DNA of 64,000 bases from Poseidonia sp. (lineage in GTDB: Archaea; Thermoplasmatota; Poseidoniia; Poseidoniales; Poseidoniaceae), in NCBI GenBank assembly GCA_965661285.1, contig CBFIDD010000004.1, forward strand, positions 32,001-96,000, written 5' to 3'. Shown piece by piece: positions 57,888-64,000 of this stretch. Numbering within the stretch: the stretch's first letter is position 1; the number at the start of each line of letters is the position of its first letter. The position numbers were made by a program, and so were the translations under genes. Under the pieces are notes generated by a model. The model saw only the letters and a program-made list of their open reading frames with translations, was not told where the DNA came from and did not search any database.

Positions 57888-59198
57888 TCAAGTTTTCAAG
57901 TTCGCTTGACGGGCAAGGAGGTGAATTTGCATGCTGTGTTCAACCATCGCTGCGTTGGCCCAAGCCTGGTCAAAGTCCGCACCAACGGCATAGGCGCCGT
58001 TACCGCGAATCACGACGCAGCGCATACCGCCCTGATTGAGGGCTTCTGCCACCTGCCGAAGATGGTCTTCGGGGTGTTCGGGGTCCGGGTCGACGATGAT
58101 GATCTTGCCGATGTGGTGCTTGCCGATTTCATCGATGGGGGTCAGCAGAACGAGGTCTTTCTCACAGCTGGCGGCGGTGGTGTGGGGTCCATGCATGTGA
58201 ATCACCGCAGCAGGTCCTCCGGTGACCATGGCCACCGAAGCGAGCACGACTTCGAGAACATGCCAGTCGGTGGGCGCTCCGCGCGGCGAGGTTGACCCGA
58301 GTGGGGCCGCACACAGGCTGCGTTCGTTCATGCGTGGAAGCGTGACCATGTGACGAGTGGAGATCATCACGCCTGGCTGCTCGGGATGAATCATCGCAAG
58401 CGAGCCCATGGTGGCTCTCACCAAATGTTCCCGGTCGAGTTGACGACCAAGCCGGACGAAATCGGACACAACATAGGGCGGGATGACGATGTTGTCTTCC
58501 ACCAAGGGAGGCATTGGAGGCTCTTCCAATTCCTGGATAACTTCGGTCGCGCCGACGACAGATTGGCGCAGTCGGGCGTTCTCCATGTGAAGGCGTTCAA
58601 GTTCAGCCTCTCTTTGAGCAAGAAGGTCTGCCGTGGCTTGGTCCGCGTCAATGACCGGGGCGGGGCGTTCGTCCTGAACTTCCGGTTGCGCTTGCTCGAC
58701 ATGCGTTTCTGCTTCCCCAACAGGCGCACGAGAGGCTTCTTCCGGTGCTGGCTCAGGATCGGAGGCTTCGGTGACGTCGGGTTCTGCGGTCGGTTCGGGG
58801 GTTGGCTCTGGTTGAGCAGGGGGTTCTTCCGTTGATTCGGGTGCTGAGACGAGGGGGTCGTCCGATGGGGTTTCTGGAGCTTCTTCTGCCGGCGGAGTCG
58901 AGGAGGGGCCGCTTGGTGGGCCCGAAGGAGGACCTGATGGGGGGCCACTTGGAGGGCCCGAAGGTGGACCCGAGGGTGGACCCGAGGGTGGGCCCGAGGG
59001 TGGGCCGGTCGGTGGGCCTGATGGGGGTCCGCTCGGACCGGTGGGGGCGGGCGGCGTCGGCTCTTCGGCCGGTGTTGTTTCCTCTTGCGGCTTCTCAAGG
59101 GATTCGATGTCCCCAAAGGCCCCGCCGAGCATGTTGTCGAGTTGGGACTGTTCTTCCTCATCCCGTGCTTTCTCTGCTGAAGTTTTTCCCTTTGCCAT
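57888..59198 (-). CDS. Class II aldolase/adducin-like domain with long Pro/Glu-rich N-terminus and short coiled coil
   Basis: The C-terminal ~190 aa follow the FucA pattern (GRQL...LV...G, AVIHMHGPHTTA, IRGNG, GADFDQA). The N-terminus has (PPSG)n. Confidence 0.8.
   Translation of the reverse strand: MAKGKTSAEKARDEEEQSQLDNMLGGAFGDIESLEKPQEETTPAEEPTPPAPTGPSGPPSGPPTGPPSGPPSGPPSGPPSGPPSGPPSGPPSGPPSGPSSTPPAEEAPETPSDDPLVSAPESTEEPPAQPEPTPEPTAEPDVTEASDPEPAPEEASRAPVGEAETHVEQAQPEVQDERPAPVIDADQATADLLAQREAELERLHMENARLRQSVVGATEVIQELEEPPMPPLVEDNIVIPPYVVSDFVRLGRQLDREHLVRATMGSLAMIHPEQPGVMISTRHMVTLPRMNERSLCAAPLGSTSPRGAPTDWHVLEVVLASVAMVTGGPAAVIHMHGPHTTAASCEKDLVLLTPIDEIGKHHIGKIIIVDPDPEHPEDHLRQVAEALNQGGMRCVVIRGNGAYAVGADFDQAWANAAMVEHSMQIHLLARQANLKT
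58905..59045 (-). repeat. 12-bp coding tandem repeat encoding (PPSG/PPTG) about 10 times
   Basis: Plus-strand ggcccgagggtg / gacccgagggtg units with synonymous variation, in frame within the CDS. Confidence 0.85.
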
Positions 59199-59264
59199 GG
59201 TGGCACCCATTTCACCCACATGGCGCGGCTTAAATAGCGGTTGCGTCCCCGAGGGAGTGCAACT

Positions 59265-59339
59265 GCCCGCTTGGTGTAGAGGTTATCATGCAGGATTGTC
59301 ATTCCTGCGACCCGGGTTCAATTCCCGGAGTGGGCGCCA
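59265..59339 (+). tRNA. tRNA-Asp (anticodon GTC), CCA encoded
   Basis: GCCCGCT/AGTGGGC acceptor stem, CAGGA-TTGTCAT-TCCTG anticodon arm, GGTTCAATTCC T arm. TTAAATA lies about 30 nt upstream. Confidence 0.95.
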
Positions 59340-59341
59340 CC

Positions 59342-60259
59342 TCACTCTTCTTCAGGGCCAACGTAGTTCTTCCCATCCCGGTGAGAGACGGTGGCAGGTA
59401 AAAGGTACCACATGAACGGTAACACCAGCAGACTGTCGAGGTTTTGACCCAGTTGGATTTCAAACGTTGATTCAAACGCAATGAAGGACGAGGCGTCCTT
59501 ACTCCCTTCCTCGGGGACCTGCGCAGCGACGGTTGTTCGGTTCTCAGGCTCAACCAGGCCCAAATCATAACCGGAAAAGTCCGCCTCCAACTCAACGCCG
59601 AGCCAAATCAACGAGAAGTCTGAAGAGGCGTTGGTGTGAACAAAGGAAACGGTCTCGATGTTGGCCCCTGGGGTATTGGTTGCCGTATTGTCGCTTTCAT
59701 CCCCCTCGCCGCCGCTCAGCTCCAACACATAGCAAGCAGGGAATACGACGGTAAACGCCGTAAGCGTCGCCAAAAACGCGAGTGTACGAACGTGATGGCG
59801 CCACTTGAATTGAACGAGCATCAGCAGTTCGCTGAGCACCAAGGCAACCAAGGCGATCCTGATGGATTGACGCCCGGTCGAAAGCCATGCTTCATCGCCT
59901 CCGTCGTTCTGTTCATCATCACCACCCCCATCCTCGTCACCGGACGTGTCGCCGGACGTGTCCCCGGAGGTGTTCGCTGAGGTGGAGGAGGAATTGACGG
60001 GTACGCTTGCATCACCGTCTCGTTCGAGTGCATAGAAGAAAAACGACGTCGCTTTCTTGATTTCGACATCGATCATCGTGCGGTCGTTGTCGATGGCAAC
60101 CAGTGAATGGGCTTCCGTTGGCGCTGGCTTGCCTTCGGTGTAGACGCCTTCAACCGTTGCGACCAGCCACGCTGAAATGAACACGTGAACCGCAAGAAAC
60201 GCCGTTACGGCTAGGCGAATCGCACCAAAGGCGCGGTGGGGACGTGGCCGTGGTAGCAC
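59342..60259 (-). CDS. Hypothetical membrane protein
   Basis: About 4 TM helices with acidic low-complexity loops (TSGDTSGDTSGD). Confidence 0.65.
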   Translation of the reverse strand: MLPRPRPHRAFGAIRLAVTAFLAVHVFISAWLVATVEGVYTEGKPAPTEAHSLVAIDNDRTMIDVEIKKATSFFFYALERDGDASVPVNSSSTSANTSGDTSGDTSGDEDGGGDDEQNDGGDEAWLSTGRQSIRIALVALVLSELLMLVQFKWRHHVRTLAFLATLTAFTVVFPACYVLELSGGEGDESDNTATNTPGANIETVSFVHTNASSDFSLIWLGVELEADFSGYDLGLVEPENRTTVAAQVPEEGSKDASSFIAFESTFEIQLGQNLDSLLVLPFMWYLLPATVSHRDGKNYVGPEEE

Positions 60260-60289
60260 GGCGTTGCGTCCCCCTACTTCCTTTTGACT

Positions 60290-63200
60290 TCACTCGTTCT
60301 CGCTGCCACGGCGGTTGCCGGCAAGTGCAGCAAGACCGATCATCGCCATCACGGTGAGTGGCGAAACAAAGGGCAGGAGGCCTGCATCTTCAGCGATGTC
60401 TTCGGCCGTTTGTTCGCCGTCGTCGGTGGTTTCGCCACTGTTGTCGGTGGCGTCGCCGAGGCCGAGGTCAGAGGTGTCGGCACCTGCTTCCTCGAGGTCG
60501 GCCGCCAATTCGGACAGATCGTGGTTCTCAACGTCCACGATGTCTTCGAGGTCGTCAAATTCAGCCATCTGTTCCTGAGCCTCTTGGGCGGGAACGCCGG
60601 TAATGTAGCGGATGCTGGCGAAGATCATGGGCAAGTCTTGGCTGTAGCCGGCCGTTTCTGGTCCAGCGATGACGTAGCCATTCCCGTCCTCGTCCCAAGC
60701 ATAGACGCCAACACCAACGATGGTGGCGTGTTCGTTGCTCCAAAGCGGCGCCCACATACCGTCGGTGTAGGGGAAGACAGGGACTTCGTAATCCTCGTCG
60801 AGGTCTTGGAAGGTCATCTCGAGGTTGTTGCCGAAGTTCTCCAGCACGTTACTGAGGCCGGAATCGGCCAAAGCGCCGGCGATTTTCTCCATGCGCTCAC
60901 TGACTTCTGGACCGTCTTCAACGGTCATGCAATCTTCGTAGGTATCGAAGGGTTCGGTTTCACCGTTCTCCACCAACTCCACGGAGAGGCAGTATTCGCC
61001 CTCTCCAGCAATGTCGACGAAGTTTTCGGTGGACACCTCGGACTGGTCGTTAAACGCAACGCTGCCCTGGTCGATGACCGTGTTGTCGGCATCAGAAACA
61101 GCCCAATGCATCGTGATATCGTCGAAAGAATCGCTCCAGGTGCCTGCTCCCGCTGTGACACGGAGGGTGTTGTCGCCCTCGTTGTTCATGTTGCTCTCCC
61201 AGTCTCGGATTTCAGGTCCATTCCAGGTAGAATCGCAGGTTTCATCGGCGGAGACCAAGGTGGTGCCATCCGGAGCAGAGATGCTTGCCCCGACGCACAT
61301 TGTGTTTTCACCGTATCCCATGTCGGCTGGAACGGTGGTTTCGACCGAGATGTAGCCGGAGTCGATGCTGATCGAAACATCGCAGGACCAGTCCGCACAT
61401 GCCATCACATCATCCATTGAGGCAAGCACGGTGCCTTGACCGTCGTCCATGTAAGCGTCCATCATGAAGAAGGTGGCTTCCCCTTCGTCTTTGCCGTCTG
61501 CGCAGTCGACGGTACCGTCGTTCACGAGGGTAAAGTCCAGGTTCGTGTTGTAGTCGTCGCAGTAGAAATTTCCTGACTGGCGAGTGTCGTGTTCATCATC
61601 GCCATCCTCGCAATGCTGCGTGCCGTCATTGACATACTGGAACGGAATGCGGTCGTAGTTTTCACAAAGGAACCAATCGCCGAGGTTGTCGGCTGGTTCA
61701 TCCGAAGCATCAGCGCAGTCCACCGTGCCGTCGTTCACGAGTTCGAAGGAAATCTCAGAGCCGTCGAGGCAGACATAGGTGCTGGTGAGGCCGTTTTCGT
61801 ATTCATCCGAACCATCGTCGCAGTCATCCCAATAATCGTTCACATCGTCAATGGCCAGTTCTTGGTATTCACCGTCATAGTTGCACATGATGGTGGCCGA
61901 TTCCTCAAATCCAAGGGCGGTAGCGTCAACACGTCCGTTGAAGCTGTAGTATTCTTCACCGGTGTTCCAGTCCTGGGAAGTCCCACCGCTGAGGTAGAAA
62001 TCGTCCTCATCTGAACCGTCCATGCAGTCTTCGTTGCCGTTGTTCACATACCAGGATTCGATCATCTCACCACTGTCGCACATGAACCAGTTTTCACTGT
62101 CGTCGTAGTCCATGTCGCCCTCTTCGTTGCTGCCAAACCAATCTTCGATGAGTTCTCCCACGGAGTCTTCAAGTTCGGCCTCGAAGTCTTCAGCCACAGC
62201 CTCGCCAAAGGATTCACTGGCGTGAACCAAAACGTTGCCCATCATGATGAACATGACCGGGTTACCGGGCGGGCAGGTGTCGCAAGCCGTTACATCGAGC
62301 GTGTTTCCGTCTCCCAGGCTGACCTCGAGTGGTTCGTCGGTGCGCATGCTGAACGAGACATCATCCATGTCGGCTTCGCCTTCGTAGTCGCCTTCGCTGG
62401 TGAGTTCGTCGCTGATGCTGATGTCAAACTGACCCGCATCAAAGCCAAACTCTTCCATGGGCAGACCGGTCAAATAGACGTTGTAGTCGGCCGAGCCAAT
62501 GTACGAGCCGTCGACCATGCCGCACATGTCGTAGACCTCGGCTTCGTCCGAGCCACCGACGCCATCGGTGTTGTCGCCAACGTCGTCGCTTTCCTCAACG
62601 CAATACCAATCGGTCCGGTCGTTGGCAGCAGCGGTGACGTAGATGGGGCTTGGGTTGCCAAGGCGCCATTCGGCCTGAGAAGCGATGGAGTAGCTGAAAT
62701 CCATGCCGGTGTCGAAGTCAACGTTGAGTTCCTCGCCGTCGCCCTTGAGGGCAATATCAATGCCGAGGTTCATGTCGTTGCCGACGGTCATGTCAATGTC
62801 CATATCGGCGCCGACAAGTTGGTACTGGTCGTTGAGGTACTCGGTGTAGAGCATGTCCACGGTCAGCACGTTTTCGGCTTCCGCAAGGACGTCGATGTCA
62901 AACCCGGTGGGCTCGCTGCCAAAGGTGGTCTCCGACCAGTCGGTCATGATGACGGCGTTGGAAAGCAGGCCGTGGCGGAGGACGACATCGCTGGTACGGC
63001 TCCACACTTGGACATCGTTGCCTTCCAAGTCCTGAATGGTTTGAGGCGTGATGTCCTCGGTTTGGTGAATGTAGACATTGGAGGCGCCGGTGGTCAACTG
63101 ACCGATATCAAGATTGAAACCGGCTTCATCGGCGTCGGCCATGATTTCGGTGAACAATTCTTGGATGTCCAAGCCTGTCACGTTTTGGAGGTCGCTGTCA

Positions 63201-63343
63201 AGGCTTGACCAATCGTATTCCACGCCATAGTAGTACTCTGATGGTTCGTCAGGGACGGCTTGGACCAGAGCAATGGGGGAAAGGGCGGTCAGCAACAACA
63301 GGGTTGCGAGCAGGCGGGCTGGGGTTCGTCGCGAGGTGGACAT
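60290..63343 (-). CDS. Secreted acidic surface protein with five LDL-receptor class A-like repeats and a PGF-CTERM-like C-terminal anchor
   Basis: Signal peptide; five units C...VN(D/N)xxx(D/H)CxD(G/A)xDE; C-terminal LLPFVSP-TM-RR. Confidence 0.82.
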   Translation of the reverse strand: MSTSRRTPARLLATLLLLTALSPIALVQAVPDEPSEYYYGVEYDWSSLDSDLQNVTGLDIQELFTEIMADADEAGFNLDIGQLTTGASNVYIHQTEDITPQTIQDLEGNDVQVWSRTSDVVLRHGLLSNAVIMTDWSETTFGSEPTGFDIDVLAEAENVLTVDMLYTEYLNDQYQLVGADMDIDMTVGNDMNLGIDIALKGDGEELNVDFDTGMDFSYSIASQAEWRLGNPSPIYVTAAANDRTDWYCVEESDDVGDNTDGVGGSDEAEVYDMCGMVDGSYIGSADYNVYLTGLPMEEFGFDAGQFDISISDELTSEGDYEGEADMDDVSFSMRTDEPLEVSLGDGNTLDVTACDTCPPGNPVMFIMMGNVLVHASESFGEAVAEDFEAELEDSVGELIEDWFGSNEEGDMDYDDSENWFMCDSGEMIESWYVNNGNEDCMDGSDEDDFYLSGGTSQDWNTGEEYYSFNGRVDATALGFEESATIMCNYDGEYQELAIDDVNDYWDDCDDGSDEYENGLTSTYVCLDGSEISFELVNDGTVDCADASDEPADNLGDWFLCENYDRIPFQYVNDGTQHCEDGDDEHDTRQSGNFYCDDYNTNLDFTLVNDGTVDCADGKDEGEATFFMMDAYMDDGQGTVLASMDDVMACADWSCDVSISIDSGYISVETTVPADMGYGENTMCVGASISAPDGTTLVSADETCDSTWNGPEIRDWESNMNNEGDNTLRVTAGAGTWSDSFDDITMHWAVSDADNTVIDQGSVAFNDQSEVSTENFVDIAGEGEYCLSVELVENGETEPFDTYEDCMTVEDGPEVSERMEKIAGALADSGLSNVLENFGNNLEMTFQDLDEDYEVPVFPYTDGMWAPLWSNEHATIVGVGVYAWDEDGNGYVIAGPETAGYSQDLPMIFASIRYITGVPAQEAQEQMAEFDDLEDIVDVENHDLSELAADLEEAGADTSDLGLGDATDNSGETTDDGEQTAEDIAEDAGLLPFVSPLTVMAMIGLAALAGNRRGSENE

Positions 63344-63418
63344 CAGTACACCTACGGTTTTTTGTCCATATTAACTCTATTCTATTGGAATTCCCCTTCA
63401 ATCGGGGCTTTCGTGTGT

Positions 63419-63964
63419 TCAGAATTTCCAAATTTTCTTCATTTCATGGGTGTCACCGATGAAAATTTTCTTGGAGAATGGTTGTGAACACGCCTTTCTC
63501 ATGGAGGTCATTTTTGCACCAACACTGTCCCCATCGAGGATATTTAGGAATTTCGTATGCTTATCTCCTGAAGATTTCAAGTAAGATTCTTGGCACTTGA
63601 TGAAGTGATACACCTCTCTCATTGAACGAGTTTGCGCACCGCCGGTCCCAACGATCATTTTGAAGTTGACGAGGTATCGTATTTTTCCGACAAAAAATTC
63701 GCCATCAAAATCTTCCGTCCATTCAAATTCATCCGGTTCACTGCTCGGCCGGGAAATTCTCTTGAGCTCGTGGGTTTCAAGATTTAGTCGTAAATTTGTT
63801 TTCCTACATTCTTCGCCCGTAATCTTTTCCAAGCACATTCTTTGCCATTTTTCTGTTTTTGATGAGGTCGCCCCCCCCATTGGCTTTCCACCGCCGATGA
63901 TTTCTATTCGCCATTCTTTGGTCATTTTTTTACCCGGAATAAGGTCAATGAACTTAGCAGTCAT
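63419..63964 (-). CDS. AT-rich hypothetical protein, putative PD-(D/E)XK-like nuclease
   Basis: Lys-rich 181 aa with EDFDG...VNFK and GGAQTRSMREVYHF. Composition shifts abruptly from ~63350. Confidence 0.5.
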   Translation of the reverse strand: MTAKFIDLIPGKKMTKEWRIEIIGGGKPMGGATSSKTEKWQRMCLEKITGEECRKTNLRLNLETHELKRISRPSSEPDEFEWTEDFDGEFFVGKIRYLVNFKMIVGTGGAQTRSMREVYHFIKCQESYLKSSGDKHTKFLNILDGDSVGAKMTSMRKACSQPFSKKIFIGDTHEMKKIWKF

Positions 63965-64000
63965 GTATAATCCCTTAGTCCTCTATTATTGATTTGGCAT

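Noticed and set aside
58155-58185. HMHGPHTTAASCEKD in the gene next to the poly-Ubl resembles a JAMM motif (H-x-H-x7-S-x2-D), suggesting the processing protease
   Set aside because: The Asp is one position off, and the whole surrounding domain follows the class II aldolase pattern, in which H-x-H is expected. A structure prediction would settle it.
58905-59045. 12-bp tandem repeats as a VNTR, CRISPR or iteron array
   Set aside because: They encode PPSG in frame with third-position variation, so this is a protein low-complexity tract.
55385-59339. Region between tRNA-Arg and tRNA-Asp as an integrated element carrying the Ubl gene
   Set aside because: It contains core genes (rpoP, RFC-like), has host-like composition, and shows no integrase or duplicated tRNA 3' end that I could see.

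Overview
This is a gene-dense, GC-rich archaeal chromosome segment. Archaeal markers include TFB, RNA polymerase subunit P, topoisomerase VI A/B, phosphopantothenate synthetase, an RFC small-subunit homologue, TATA-like promoters and GGAGG/AGGTGA ribosome-binding sites. These sit among bacterial-type genes (ATP-PEPCK, RhlE helicase, glutathione peroxidase, PlsC-like acyltransferase, short TopIB) and giant acidic surface proteins. The mix is typical of Marine Group II Euryarchaeota (Ca. Poseidoniales); that assignment is an inference. I found about 60 CDS and two tRNAs (Arg-CCT, Asp-GTC), but no CRISPR array, rRNA or IS element. The standout is 57093..57737(-), a polyubiquitin-like precursor. 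It has three head-to-tail ~70-aa beta-grasp-like units, each ending in a di-glycine, with the last GG capped by a 3-residue tail (RAC). It has its own promoter-like signals and is followed closely by a small Myb/SANT-like HTH gene, rpoP and a divergent RFC. Other notable items: a ribbon-helix-helix domain fused to fumarase C (candidate PutA-like trigger enzyme), a bacterial/poxvirus-type topoisomerase IB, a catalytically degenerate SdhA paralogue, an adducin-like degenerate aldolase with PPSG repeats, a PIN-TPR protein behind a DEAD-box helicase, an orphan m6A methyltransferase, an LDL-receptor-A-repeat surface protein, and an AT-rich putative nuclease gene at the right edge. All calls are by eye from motifs; no database searches were run.
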